From positions 1-45,469 of the forward strand of contig JANOQV010000003.1 of assembly GCA_031414955.1 (NCBI GenBank): 45,469 nucleotides of DNA, written 5' to 3'. Shown one piece after another: positions 27,801 through 37,628 of this stretch. The notes beneath the pieces were generated by a model that searched no databases, had not been told where the DNA came from, and was given only the letters and a program-made list of their open reading frames with translations. The DNA comes from Pedosphaera sp. (lineage in GTDB: Bacteria; Verrucomicrobiota; Verrucomicrobiia; Limisphaerales; SIBH01). Made by a program: the position numbers and the translations under genes. The stretch's first letter is position 1. Every line of letters starts with the position of its first letter.

Positions 27801-29111
27801 GTGTTCAACACTTTCGCGCAGACCTTCTACTACGACGCCGCGCCGCCCGACGGGGTGATCGCCTTCCCGGCGACGAACAGCACGCTCACCAGTCAGCAGT
27901 ATGGCGTGGTGGTACGGGCTGATTCATCCGTCACGACTGTTGAATACAACCTCCTCGACAGCAATCCGGCCAACGACGACGCGCTGACCGGCCTGACCAA
28001 CGGCAATGGCTCGAACGCCTGGGCGTTGGCGACGAAGGTTTCCCCGAGTGGTTCGCTCACTACGCAGTATCCGAGTTTCCCGCAGGAGTTCCGCTTCAAC
28101 TACTACGCCGTGCCTTCGAGTAGCAACGCCACCATCAGCGTGCGCTTGAAGGAGGCCACTTCCAGCGTGCTGACCAATCGCGTGAAATTGCTGACCCGCA
28201 CCGTGGCCACCCTCGCGCTGTCGCAGACGCTTGATGTGGCGTTCCCCAGCACGGACGGCCAGACGCTCGCGCTGAATCCCAACGACTCTTACACGCTGGT
28301 CTTCCGGTTCAGCGATGTGCTCACCGCGAACGTGACCAACTTCGTCCTCCGCATCGACGACGCGGTGCAGCCGCGCTTCTCGCCGAGCAACACACCGCTC
28401 TACGTGTTTCAGGACCAGACGCCGGGCGACCAGAAGAACGAGCTGCGCTGCACCTGGACGAGCATCATCCCCGGTCAACACCTCATCGAAGTGAGTTTCA
28501 ACGGTGACGGACTGGCGCTCGAAGCCGCGCGTTTCGTGAACGTGAGCATCGGCGGCGCGAGCGTGAACATTGTGCAGCCGCCGGCCGCCGACGCGCAGGG
28601 CCGCTCGCCGTATCAGATCATTTTTCCGTCCGAAAACGGCGTGCCGCTGATCCCCCGGTTTACCATCACCACCGAGACCACGCTGACCCCCACCAACGTG
28701 ATGATCAGCTTCAGTCCGAACTTGTTCGCCAGCGGCCCGGCGGCGCGCGACACGAACTTCATCGGCAATGCGAAGCGCTGGGATTTCGTCTGGAGCAACC
28801 TGGTCGAAGGGACGTTTACGATCCGCGCGGATGCGCTGGGCGGCGGCACGAACTCGACGACGCGAGTGACGCAGGTGATTTTCGCGCCCATCGATCAGTT
28901 CCGCCTGCTCACGCCAGCGAAGGTGGGAGACACCTTCAGCTTCGCCATCCAGACCCTCGACGGCCGGACTTACGTGATCGAATACGCCGACGACCTCGCC
29001 GCCCCGAGCTGGCAGCCGTTGCCCAACGTGAACGGCGACGGCACGGTGAAGGTCGTGAACAACACGGCCCCGGGCGTGCCGCAAAGATACTTCCGCTTCC
29101 GGACGCTTTAG
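24837..29111 (+). CDS. Large secreted GH13 alpha-amylase-domain protein
   Basis: 'GYTSLWLPPP', 'GYDVFD', 'DNIMNH', 'DGFRLDAVKH', 'GEH', 'SHDN'; signal peptide; long beta-rich C-terminal region. Confidence 0.88.
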   Translation: MTLTHVLKRWPVALALCAGCLLMPRSARADAMLQLFNVNYEELIAKMPEIAEAGYTSLWLPPPTKGGSIFSVGYDVFDPFDLGDKDQQGTVRTRYGTKAQLQRVVEMAHRFGLRVYFDNIMNHRGFTVPGYDANTSTNYYPGMVPGDFHLRVIAGPFYRSWDNIGNWNNTFEIQNNPLSGLVDIAQENPNINFGASYGNTAGSPFFIRHPNNRDYYMDTALTSLPGGLHGFNGTNGDPVAENTSAYLIRAVTWLLAETKCDGFRLDAVKHTPGYFFGDYGSASANGYCGAIQTMFDYVHGYGNNLLGNGYVEGDDNRNSNYDAEATRNDALIFGEHLGEPPSYDDYLGRGMRLLDNPLRNNLNNILGNPGASLAGYETRDGGGFSAPNRIMHASSHDNGYSNHRELQNAYYFLREGIPLIYTDGYNQESSGGGDPFPRIAYAPYLGQFSDHKMPDLAWLHGQLARGGTRARWGDSDVVAFERYDYREGGSAADQTVVLFAMNDNFGNPGDVSFDDGVNNMTGGTFYECFPAQNPRGQGVVVGFPPGSVLVQLADSPGKDRACSKLLVRLATNIKSDAESSKDDPNPVNRKVYVGTQALASGGGAIEFKIPSGGYVAYAYQWPEASRASGRDVITFRHNNIEVPRMFVTRTDGRDGDSGFNPKYPFKNRGSVDTGGSTVRGTNTGPRQYSIDIPIVTNAVFDIVVRPDASVNNVLVKLDGGMDLNFHMGLGSTNSDRRDNRPGAATDVFLGYEQALFRYRRGPEKFAATNVANNNVFSAGAETYHYTVGTANSLVVVGSGGGASIDTQTADWVYHSPARPVTGGVSPPATQRVPLQPIGGQACELWIKVGYQFDIDTGSLYYTTDGSKPEGAFGTGRGSTQVVGLSFDHNETEPGGVVDWWKGIIPAQATNTVVKYKIAFYDNIGSPISDSDEAKEYGVTQFAITNFNPVTAFVYLHNNRNTNSSHFGLEEGFHIARARAFLPRSGKSSVFNTFAQTFYYDAAPPDGVIAFPATNSTLTSQQYGVVVRADSSVTTVEYNLLDSNPANDDALTGLTNGNGSNAWALATKVSPSGSLTTQYPSFPQEFRFNYYAVPSSSNATISVRLKEATSSVLTNRVKLLTRTVATLALSQTLDVAFPSTDGQTLALNPNDSYTLVFRFSDVLTANVTNFVLRIDDAVQPRFSPSNTPLYVFQDQTPGDQKNELRCTWTSIIPGQHLIEVSFNGDGLALEAARFVNVSIGGASVNIVQPPAADAQGRSPYQIIFPSENGVPLIPRFTITTETTLTPTNVMISFSPNLFASGPAARDTNFIGNAKRWDFVWSNLVEGTFTIRADALGGGTNSTTRVTQVIFAPIDQFRLLTPAKVGDTFSFAIQTLDGRTYVIEYADDLAAPSWQPLPNVNGDGTVKVVNNTAPGVPQRYFRFRTL

Positions 29112-29183
29112 CGCCAGAGGCGCGGCAGAGCGTAGCCCACGGCTCACGCCGTGGGCTATTCTCTGCCGCCGTTCCGCGGCTGG
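29112..29183. repeat. REP-like hairpin between genes
   Basis: gcggcagag…tagcccacggc/gccgtgggcta…ctctgccgc nested inverted repeat. Confidence 0.7.
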
Positions 29184-29277
29184 ATCATGGCGCACCTTCC
29201 TGCCACAGAGTCGGATGCGCGCACCTGAACTGCACAAGCGGCTTGTCTCCCTCCCGGCCACTGCCATGCTGCGGCCC

Positions 29278-30828
29278 ATGCAATTTGCCTTACGCAATCC
29301 GTTTTCCGTCACAGCGTTTTGTCTGCTGCTCGCCGCCGCGCTGGCCGCGTCCGAGACCAGGGTGAACGCCGCCGCGCCCGCGGTGGAGAATTCTGTCGTG
29401 AAGGTTTTTTCTTCCGTGCGCTATCCGGATTTCTTCCGTCCTTGGGCCAAGCAACCACCGTCCGAGGCTACGGGCAGCGGTGTGGTCATCGAAGGCAAAC
29501 GCATTCTCTCCAACGCCCATGTCGTGCAACACGCCGGCCAGATTCAGATTCAGGCCAACCAGGCCGGCGACAAAATTTCTGCCACCGTGGTGGCCGTCGC
29601 GCCCGGCATGGACCTGGCCCTGCTCAAGCTGGATGACGAATCGTTCTTCGACACGCATCCGCCGTTGCCGCGCGAAAAAGTGCTGCCGGCCATCAAGGAC
29701 GCGGTCATGGCCTACGGCTATCCGCAGGGCGGCAACAGCCTCTCCATCACCAAGGGGATCGTGTCCCGCATTGAGTTTGCGCCCTACACTTATCCCGTCT
29801 CGGGCCTGTGGATTCAGATCGACGCCGCCATCAATCCTGGCAACAGCGGCGGCCCGGTGGTCGCGGGGGACAAGATGATCGGCCTCGTCTTCAGCCGCCT
29901 CGGGATGGCCGACAACATCGGCTACATCATCCCGTGCGAGGAGGTGGAGTTGTTTCTCAACGATGTGCGCGACGGCCGTTACGACGGCAAGCCGGCGATG
30001 TATGACGATTTGCAGACGCTGGAAAATCCGGCCTTACGTTCCTGGCTTAAGTTGCCCAAGTCCGCCGAGGGCATTCTTGTCCACCGGCCCGAAAGCACCA
30101 ACACGGCCTATCCGTTGAAGGAGTGGGATCTCATCACCCGCATCGGTGAGACGCCGGTGGATGATCAGGGGATGATCAAATTGGGATCGAACCTTCGGGT
30201 GCGTTTCCAGTACCTCATCCAGAAGACCGCGAAGAACGGCCAGACACCGCTGACCATCATCCGCGCGGGCCGGACACTTCAGATAGAACTGCCTGTGCCG
30301 TCCAACCGCGACATGCTGATCTCGTCGCTGGGCGGTGTGTATCCCTCTTACTTCATCTATGGTCCGCTGGTTTTCTCGGGAGCCACCTCGGAATTTGTCG
30401 GCGGGCTGACGCGCAGCGAGTACGGCGGCGGCTGGTCGGGCATGTTGAGCTACGTGGGCAGCCCGCTGGCGCGGCGGCTCGGGGACAAGCCGGCGTTTCC
30501 CGGCGAAGCGCTCGTGATTGTTTCCTCGCCCTTCTTTCCCCACAAGCTGGCCCAGGGTTACTCGAACCCCATGGGCCAGGTGGTCAAGACCATCAATGGC
30601 ACGCCGATCAAGAACCTCAACCATCTCGTGGCCGTGCTGCGCGATCTGAAGGATGAGTTCGTCACCATCCACTTCGACCAGCGCGGCGCGGAAGCCATTG
30701 TCTTTCCCCGGCAGCAGATGGTGGCGGCGACCGAGGAATTGTTGAGCGACAACGGAGTGCGCAGCCAGGGATCACCCGACGCGCTGGCCGTGTGGAATGG
30801 GAAGCCTGCCCAGGCCGGAGCGAACTAA
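29278..30828 (+). CDS. HtrA/Deg-family trypsin-like serine protease with PDZ-like domains
   Basis: Catalytic triad 'SNAHVV', 'DLALL', 'IDAAINPGNSGGP'. Confidence 0.9.
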   Translation: MQFALRNPFSVTAFCLLLAAALAASETRVNAAAPAVENSVVKVFSSVRYPDFFRPWAKQPPSEATGSGVVIEGKRILSNAHVVQHAGQIQIQANQAGDKISATVVAVAPGMDLALLKLDDESFFDTHPPLPREKVLPAIKDAVMAYGYPQGGNSLSITKGIVSRIEFAPYTYPVSGLWIQIDAAINPGNSGGPVVAGDKMIGLVFSRLGMADNIGYIIPCEEVELFLNDVRDGRYDGKPAMYDDLQTLENPALRSWLKLPKSAEGILVHRPESTNTAYPLKEWDLITRIGETPVDDQGMIKLGSNLRVRFQYLIQKTAKNGQTPLTIIRAGRTLQIELPVPSNRDMLISSLGGVYPSYFIYGPLVFSGATSEFVGGLTRSEYGGGWSGMLSYVGSPLARRLGDKPAFPGEALVIVSSPFFPHKLAQGYSNPMGQVVKTINGTPIKNLNHLVAVLRDLKDEFVTIHFDQRGAEAIVFPRQQMVAATEELLSDNGVRSQGSPDALAVWNGKPAQAGAN

Positions 30829-30833
30829 GCCGG

Positions 30834-31418
30834 TCAGTGCGTCTTGGTTTCGCCCCGGAACGTGAGTCGATCAATCCAGGCCAGCGCGATGGCGGAGGCG
30901 ACGAAGGTGGTGTGGATTATCACCTGCCAGAACACCTCGCCCATCACCAAGTTGGTGTCCTTCACCGTGATGAAGGTTTTGAGCAAATGGATGGACGAGA
31001 TGCCGATGAGCGCCGTGGCCAGTTTAACTTTGAGCACACCCGCATTGACGTGCGAGAGCCACTCGGGTTGGTCGGGGTGCCCCTTCAAGTTCAGGCGCGA
31101 GACAAATGTCTCGTAGCCGCCCACGATGACCATGATGAGCAGGTTCGCGATCATCACCACGTCGATCAGTCCCAGCACGATGAGCATGATGGCCTGCTCG
31201 GGGTCTTTAACCGTGACAGGGACAGAGGCAGGCATCGCTCCGCCCATCAGTCCGAAATCAATCAGGTGCCACAACTCTAGAATGAAGCGATAGACATAAA
31301 CGGCCTGTGTCACGATCAGGCCGAAGTAGAGCGGAGCCTGCAGCCAGCGGCTGAGGAAAATAAAGCTGGCCAGGGTGGCCTTGGACTGCGGGCTTTTGGA
31401 ATTCGGCATCTCGTTCAT
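30834..31418 (-). CDS. UPF0114 / YqhA (TIGR00645) membrane protein
   Basis: 'SRWLQAPLY.GL', 'IDVVMIANLLIMVIVGGYETFVSRL', 'LKVKL…ISSIHLL'. Confidence 0.88.
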   Translation of the reverse strand: MNEMPNSKSPQSKATLASFIFLSRWLQAPLYFGLIVTQAVYVYRFILELWHLIDFGLMGGAMPASVPVTVKDPEQAIMLIVLGLIDVVMIANLLIMVIVGGYETFVSRLNLKGHPDQPEWLSHVNAGVLKVKLATALIGISSIHLLKTFITVKDTNLVMGEVFWQVIIHTTFVASAIALAWIDRLTFRGETKTH

Positions 31419-31955
31419 CGTTGGGCGCTACTTCAAACGGAGGCGCGGGCGCGGTCAACTCCTGAGCGACGGACTTTGGTCCTGGTCCATCAGCGGGGTT
31501 CCACCGGCCAGGGTGCTCGATCATCGAATCCATCGCTTCCTGTGCGCGCCGATGGCGCGTTCGCCGCTGCTGGGCTCGGGGCCGGGACCGCAGCTTGGCC
31601 AGCGCGACGTGGACGTGATCGAGAAACCCTTCTACGAGTGAAACCTGTCCACCACGATTTTCAGGACGCCGGGTCTCAACCCTTGCGCGCATTCGGACGT
31701 GAAGGACGCCGTGAACTGCCGACATTTCATCGCGTGGAGAACGAAGCCGCGCTGACCCGAGGGTGTTGGCGGGAGGGAGCGATTCGGATGGTGCTGGCCG
31801 AGGGGCATGGCTGTTCGCAATACGCCGTCGGGTGAGGTGCAAAGCGGTTTAAGTGCGCTGCGGATCGCGAAGCCCGTCCGCTTCACTCCTGGGCGCGACG
31901 CCGATCAATCAGTCCTTTACAGCCGGCACGGTTGCACCTTCGATTCGGGCGAATC

Positions 31956-34109
31956 ATGAAAGCCGCCACATTTTCCCATCTCGCGCTGGTCACCTTGCTC
32001 GGCAGCCTCGTCCTCACGCGCGCGGCCGAGGATATTGTGGTCGCCAACTTTGAGGGCCCCAACTACGGCGCGTGGAAAGCCGTTGGCCAGGCTTTCGGCC
32101 CAGCCCCGGCGCGCGGGGCGTTGCCTGGGCAGATGGCGGTGGATGGTTTCGAGGGCCGGGGGCTGGTGAATTCATTTGTGGGCGGAGACCAGAGCACGGG
32201 CACGCTCACCTCGGCCACGTTCCAGATCGCCCGGCCTTACTTTCGTTTTCTCATTGGCGGAGGTGGTTATCCAAACGAGACCTGCTTGAACCTGCGGGTG
32301 GATGGGAAAATTGTCCGCACGGCGGGCGGTCCGAACCTCCAATCGGGTGGGAGCGAGCGGTTGCAGCCGGGCGGTTGGGAAGTGATCGAGTTCCTCGGGC
32401 GCGAGGCCGTCCTCGAGATCGTGGACCGACGCACGGGCGGTTGGGGGCACATCAATGTCGATCAAATCGTGCAGACGGAGCGCAAACCGCCGGTCGAGCG
32501 CCGCAACGCCACGCGGGAGCTGGTCATCCGCAAGCGCTACCTGCATTTCCCGGTGAAGAATGGAGCGGCCAAGAAAATCGTGGAAGTGCTCGAAGCGGGC
32601 CGGGTAGAGCGTTTCTTTGACCTGGAGCTGGCCGATGGCGACGCGGACTGGTGGGCCTTCCTAGACGTGTCGGCGTGGCAAGGGCGGAAGCTGACGGTGA
32701 AAGTGAACAAGCTGGGCGAGGATTCAAGCGCGCTGGAATCCATCTCGCAGGAAGATGCAATCAAGGGCGCGGAGAATCTTTATCGCGAGCCGCTGCGCCC
32801 GCAATTGCACTTCAGCGCGCGGCGCGGCTGGCTGAATGATCCAAACGGGCTGGTGTTCTACCGAGGCGAATACCACCTGTTCTTCCAGCATAATCCTTAC
32901 GGTTGGGGTTGGGGCAACATGCACTGGGGCCACGCCAAAAGCCGCGACCTTTTGCACTGGCAGGAACAGCCCGAGGCGCTTTACCCGGACGCGATGGGCC
33001 CGATGTTCAGCGGTTCGGCGGTGGTGGATTGGAAGAACACGAGCGGCTTCGGCACGAACAACGAGCCACCGTTGGTGCTGATTTACACGGCGGCGGGAAA
33101 TCCGGCCGTGCAGTGTCTCGCCTACAGCACGGACGGGGGAAAAACTTTTGCCAAGCACGGTGGCAATCCGGTCGTGCCACAGATCACCAGCGGCAATCGT
33201 GACCCAAAGGTCATCTGGCACGAGCCAACGCAACGCTGGGTCATGACGCTCTACGTGGGCTTCGATGAAACCAAGGACGGCAAAAAGACCACGCGCCACA
33301 CGATCCACTTCCTCACCTCGCCCAACCTCAAGGACTGGAAAGTCGTGAGCCAGACCGATGGTTTTTTCGAGTGCCCGGACTTCTTCGAACTGTCCATCGA
33401 CGGCAAGATCAAGAACAAGAAGTGGATTCTGACCGGGGCGAGCAGCGAGTACATGATTGGGACGTTCGACGGGCAGAAATTCACGTCCGAAACCCCGAAA
33501 CTGCCCGGCCATCGGGGCCAGAGCTTTTACGCTGCGCAAACCTTCAGCGACATCCCGGCCAAAGATGGCCGCCGCATCCAGATCGGCTGGCTGCAGGCAC
33601 CATCGCCGGGCATGCCCTTTAATCAGGCGATGAGCCTGCCTCTCGAACTGAAGCTTCTCAGCACGCCTGAAGGCCCGCGGCTCTCCTGGCAGCCGATTAT
33701 GCCCGAGGCGATGTCTCGACATGGACGGGTCCAGGTCAAACCCGGCGACACGAAAGCCCTGACGAAGCAATCGACCGGTCTCATGGCCATGGAGGCGGAA
33801 TTCGAGCCGGGTGCCGACAGTGAATTGAAGTTCACGGTGAACAACATGCCCGTGTCGTATAGCGCCGCGAAACAGGAACTCACGGTCAATGGCCACCGTG
33901 TTACTGCTCCGATGCGCGGCGGGAAACAGCGTCTCACCATCATCTCCGACCGCACGGTTTTGGAAGTTTTCGCCAGCGACGGATTGGTGTATGTGCCCAT
34001 GCCGGTGCTAGCCAAGGGCAGGCAGGGCGAGGCCACGGTGGCCTTGACCGGGGCCGCGCTCCGATCTCAACGCTTCAGCGCCACCGATCTGCGCTCCATC
34101 TGGAAATAG
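31956..34109 (+). CDS. GH32 beta-fructosidase/levanase with N-terminal accessory modules
   Basis: WLNDPNG, FSGS, RDP and ECP catalytic motifs; signal peptide. Confidence 0.92.
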   Translation: MKAATFSHLALVTLLGSLVLTRAAEDIVVANFEGPNYGAWKAVGQAFGPAPARGALPGQMAVDGFEGRGLVNSFVGGDQSTGTLTSATFQIARPYFRFLIGGGGYPNETCLNLRVDGKIVRTAGGPNLQSGGSERLQPGGWEVIEFLGREAVLEIVDRRTGGWGHINVDQIVQTERKPPVERRNATRELVIRKRYLHFPVKNGAAKKIVEVLEAGRVERFFDLELADGDADWWAFLDVSAWQGRKLTVKVNKLGEDSSALESISQEDAIKGAENLYREPLRPQLHFSARRGWLNDPNGLVFYRGEYHLFFQHNPYGWGWGNMHWGHAKSRDLLHWQEQPEALYPDAMGPMFSGSAVVDWKNTSGFGTNNEPPLVLIYTAAGNPAVQCLAYSTDGGKTFAKHGGNPVVPQITSGNRDPKVIWHEPTQRWVMTLYVGFDETKDGKKTTRHTIHFLTSPNLKDWKVVSQTDGFFECPDFFELSIDGKIKNKKWILTGASSEYMIGTFDGQKFTSETPKLPGHRGQSFYAAQTFSDIPAKDGRRIQIGWLQAPSPGMPFNQAMSLPLELKLLSTPEGPRLSWQPIMPEAMSRHGRVQVKPGDTKALTKQSTGLMAMEAEFEPGADSELKFTVNNMPVSYSAAKQELTVNGHRVTAPMRGGKQRLTIISDRTVLEVFASDGLVYVPMPVLAKGRQGEATVALTGAALRSQRFSATDLRSIWK

Positions 34110-34288
34110 CTGTCCAGACTGTAGCCCGGCTTCGACCGATGCGGAGGGATCGGTTCCGCAGATGGAATGGCGGCCCAGACTGGCGGACAAGGCAGACCGC
34201 GTGAGCCTCGCTCTTAATGCGTGAAAACCACGCTATAAAACATCGTTTAAGTCCCGTTTGACGGTGTGTTTGAGGGGGTGGGCACTGC

Positions 34289-34304
34289 TGGTACCGCGAG
34301 TGCT
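34289..34304 (+). promoter_or_regulatory. Possible sigma-54 (-24/-12) promoter
   Basis: TGGTACcgcgaGTGCT gives GG-N10-GC upstream of the first prepilin-like gene. A TTGACA-16-TAAAGT sigma-70 candidate also lies at 34324-34351. Confidence 0.35.
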
Positions 34305-34386
34305 ATGCAAACCGTGAAAGCTGTTGACAGCATCGACTAAAAACATAAAGTGCGCGGGCTGTTACCCAAACAATTGCAGAAAAATT

Positions 34387-35103
34387 ATGACACAAATTCG
34401 TAAAACCAAGTCGTCCGGCTTCACTCTCATTGAGTTGCTGGTCGTCATCGCCATTATCGCCATTCTGGCCAGCTTGCTTTTGCCCGCCCTCGCGCGCGCC
34501 AAGGCCCGTGCCCAGCGCATCGGCTGCACGAGCAATTTGAAGCAGGTAGGCTTGTCCTATCGCATGTGGTCTGGCGATCATAGTGACAAATTTCCATTTG
34601 ATGTTCTTGTTGCAGAAGGTGGTGCTCAAGGTGGCACGTCGGTGGAAATTTACCGCTCAATGTCCAACGAGTTGGTTTCCCCGAAAGTGCTGACCTGTAA
34701 CAGCGATGGCAGTTCAGTGAAAGCCAGCGATTTCAGGAACGATACTGCAATCAGTTTTAGTCAGCAGACAGTCGTCACGCCGGGAATCTATCCTGGCCTT
34801 TCCTACTTCGCCGGTACCGACGGCGACGAAAGTAAGCCGCAGACTATCATCTCTGGAGATCGTAATGTCACTGGAGGCGTTGGTGGTTTTCCAGGGACCA
34901 GATCTTGGAATGCAACGGTTTACACGCCCGGCACGCCCGGCACGCCCGACGCGGACTGGTTCACTGACATTCATGTACGTAACGGCAATATCGGCTTGGG
35001 TGATGGCAGCGCACAGCAAGTGACACCCATTCTCCTGAAGAAGCAGATTGTTAACGCCAACGGATCCACCACGGCCAACACTACTCGGTTTGTTTATCCT
35101 TGA
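34387..35103 (+). CDS. Prepilin-type N-terminal cleavage/methylation protein (H-x9-DG type)
   Basis: [25 protein letters not shown], 'C.SNLKQ', C-terminal 'H…GNIGLGDGS'. Confidence 0.92.
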   Translation: MTQIRKTKSSGFTLIELLVVIAIIAILASLLLPALARAKARAQRIGCTSNLKQVGLSYRMWSGDHSDKFPFDVLVAEGGAQGGTSVEIYRSMSNELVSPKVLTCNSDGSSVKASDFRNDTAISFSQQTVVTPGIYPGLSYFAGTDGDESKPQTIISGDRNVTGGVGGFPGTRSWNATVYTPGTPGTPDADWFTDIHVRNGNIGLGDGSAQQVTPILLKKQIVNANGSTTANTTRFVYP

Positions 35104-35121
35104 TTTCAATTGAACGCGATC

Positions 35122-35147
35122 AAAGGCACCCGCAAGGGTGCCTTTTT
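35122..35147 (+). terminator. Intrinsic terminator
   Basis: aaaggcaccc-gcaa-gggtgccttttt: GNRA loop and U-tract after the pilin-like gene. Confidence 0.85.
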
Positions 35148-35643
35148 CGTTGCCAGGAACCCTCCATGCCTCTTTCAACGGATTGGCTTTTTAGCGGGCG
35201 CGATCCAACGGCTGTCAGATTGCGAAGCAACGCTGGATGGGATCGTCTGGAGTTCTTGCCCAAACCCTTTCCAGCGGCATCGCTCCACCGTGAGCCGATG
35301 GCTCCAAAAGGCGTCTTGCCTCAAGCATGAAACCAGAGTGAAGGGTCTCGTGGGAAAAGGAAAAATGGTCTGGAGGGCTTGAAAGTGCGAGCGATTTCAC
35401 AGTGACGGGTTTAGGATGAAACGACCGGAGGAATTGGCAGTTCAGAGTCCCAATCGTGGAGTTGGATGGTGGTCCAAGATGTTGCGACGAGCCGGTTCAT
35501 CGCATCAACGATGCTGATTATACGTGCCAAGTCAGGAATTATTCCCGGAGATTCATCAAATGATGCAGTTTTTTCTCGGTAGGGCAGTTGACAAGCCCAA
35601 CCCTGCGCCGTCATATTTCGAGCGGAACCCAACACCAAATAGT

Positions 35644-36393
35644 ATGATCGAAAATCAAAAAAGAACGCGTGCTTTCACGCTGATTGAACTCCTCGTCGTC
35701 ATCGCGATCATCGCGATTCTAGCTGCTCTTTTGCTTCCGGCCCTAGCCAGAGCCAAGGCGCGTGCCACGCGGATCAGCTGTGTGAGCAACCTCAAGCAGA
35801 TGGCCCTGGCTGAATTGGTCTGGGTCAATGACAGCGAAAAAAACAACTTGCACTGGCGCGTTGGCACTAATGATGGCGGCACCTATGCACCAGCGAAAAC
35901 GGGTGCAGCTTGGTATGAGTATGCTTGGCTTTCAAACGAGTTGGTGACCCCCAAGGTCTTGACCTGTGCCGGGGACAAGGGAGTCAATGTGTCTTCTGAA
36001 TTCAATGGGCTTGGCAGCTACACGCAATCACCCACTCTGGGCCGCGCGACTGCCACCAGCTTCAGCCTTGGGCTGGACGCAGGCTCCATTCGTGATGCTG
36101 CTGGCAATTCGGTTCTGTCTTTGGAGAGTTCCCAGGATCACGTTATTTTTCTGGATCGAAACACGAGTTTTAGTGACGTGGCCACGGGGTGCAGTTCTGG
36201 GGTGAATAATGCCGATCGGATGAATATTACAGGCGGCTTCGTTCCTTCATGGACCAACGCCGTTCATGGGGTGGGAGCCGGTAACGTGGTGCTCCTCGAC
36301 GGTAGTGTCAGCCAGACGAGTTCAACCCTGATGTACGACTTCATGAAGCGCGCGGATGATAATGGGAATGTTCATTTCCTTCGGGCTAGGTAG
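35644..36393 (+). CDS. Second prepilin-type N-terminal cleavage/methylation protein (H-x9-DG type)
   Basis: [25 protein letters not shown], 'CVSNLKQ', '[13 protein letters not shown]', 'H…GNVVLLDGS'. Confidence 0.92.
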   Translation: MIENQKRTRAFTLIELLVVIAIIAILAALLLPALARAKARATRISCVSNLKQMALAELVWVNDSEKNNLHWRVGTNDGGTYAPAKTGAAWYEYAWLSNELVTPKVLTCAGDKGVNVSSEFNGLGSYTQSPTLGRATATSFSLGLDAGSIRDAAGNSVLSLESSQDHVIFLDRNTSFSDVATGCSSGVNNADRMNITGGFVPSWTNAVHGVGAGNVVLLDGSVSQTSSTLMYDFMKRADDNGNVHFLRAR

Positions 36394-36455
36394 TCCTCTG
36401 TGCTCTGGAGAGGCCAGGTTGATTTAGGCGCTTCCGGTTTCCGGAAGCGTCTTTT

Positions 36456-37628
36456 CTATTTGATTGCCTCGGCCACGGCCTGCGCCAGCGTTTCGCGGTG
36501 GGCGGCGGAGTAAATATTTGCCGCCTCGCGGGCGTTGGAAAGAAACCCGCCCTCGACCAGCACGGCCGGTCGGTTCTGATAGCGCAGCACGCCCATGAAG
36601 CGCGCCCGTTTTACCCCATCGTCGTGGGCGCGCGCCGCCTTCACCACGGACCGGTGGATGCGGAAGGCCCATTCCAGATTGGCGGCATCGAAGGCGTTGT
36701 TCGGGTACGCCACTCGCTCGTCGTCGCTGTAACCCCGGATCAGCGTCGAGGGCATGCCCTTCGGAGTGAGGCAATAGGTCTCGATGCCGGAAGGCTGCGT
36801 CTGCGGAAAGGTGGAATTAAAATGCAGGCTCAGAAAGAGGTCGGCCCGCACGCGATCGGCAAAGGCCACTCGTTCGGTGAGGGATACATCCACATCGGTG
36901 CGTCGGGTGAGAAAAACTTTCCAGCCTGCATTGGTCAGCCGGCGCTCTGTGCGTAAGGCCCAGTCCAGAGTGTATTCCTTCTCCAATTGATTGCGTGCTC
37001 CGCGAGTGCCGCCGTCTGTGCCGCCATGGCCTGGATCGAGCACGATGATCCTTATGGGCGTCGGTGCCTGCGCCCGTTCCTTGTTGAGCGGTTCCAAAGT
37101 CTTCTCCGCGTCCAAGGCGTGAATGTGGGGCTGGCCGCCGACCAACTGCGGCGCAAAGCCCAGCCAGATCGACGTCCCATTCCACTGGGCCAACCGGCTG
37201 CCGATGGTCAGGACGCAGGTTCCCGAACGAGTTGGCACGCGGTAGAGGATGGCGCCGCCGGAGGCCGAACGCTCCGGCTGGGCGGTGGACCAACGCGAAC
37301 TCCACGCGGTCAGCGGAATCCAGCCGCGCCCAAAACTCATGGTGGACAAGGGGGGCGGAAGCGCCAGGTTCGTCGTCGCCGTATGGGTGAAAATCGGCGG
37401 AGGGCCAACCTCAATGTTATCCAGTCCGACCACCGGCACTGGCTCGTTGGGCAGCACTACGACTTCCGCCTCCGGAGGGGCGGCCAGCACCGACCTCGCT
37501 TCCGGTGGGGGACTCAACGGGTTATAGGCCGGGCCACCGCATCCGGCCAGCAACCCCCCGAGCACGAAGGGGAGCGCCGCTCGAAGTCGGCGTGATTTTT
37601 TTGGGCCGATCACAGCATGGCGGCTCAA
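36456..37628 (-). CDS. N-acetylmuramoyl-L-alanine amidase (Amidase_3), probable lipoprotein
   Basis: 'LDPGHGG', 'EK', 'LSLHFN', 'PAVLVEGGFLSN'; lipobox LAGC. Confidence 0.9.
   Translation of the reverse strand: MSRHAVIGPKKSRRLRAALPFVLGGLLAGCGGPAYNPLSPPPEARSVLAAPPEAEVVVLPNEPVPVVGLDNIEVGPPPIFTHTATTNLALPPPLSTMSFGRGWIPLTAWSSRWSTAQPERSASGGAILYRVPTRSGTCVLTIGSRLAQWNGTSIWLGFAPQLVGGQPHIHALDAEKTLEPLNKERAQAPTPIRIIVLDPGHGGTDGGTRGARNQLEKEYTLDWALRTERRLTNAGWKVFLTRRTDVDVSLTERVAFADRVRADLFLSLHFNSTFPQTQPSGIETYCLTPKGMPSTLIRGYSDDERVAYPNNAFDAANLEWAFRIHRSVVKAARAHDDGVKRARFMGVLRYQNRPAVLVEGGFLSNAREAANIYSAAHRETLAQAVAEAIK

Noticed and set aside
34305..34370. c-di-GMP-I riboswitch-like words (GCAAACC…GAAA…CTAAA…GTTACC) before the pilin-like gene
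   Set aside because: The P2 stem pairs poorly, the GACGCAAA segment is missing and the region overlaps a promoter candidate. An Rfam scan would settle it.
35385..35402. Possible Rex operator (half-site TTCACA)
   Set aside because: The left half matches TTGTGAA poorly.
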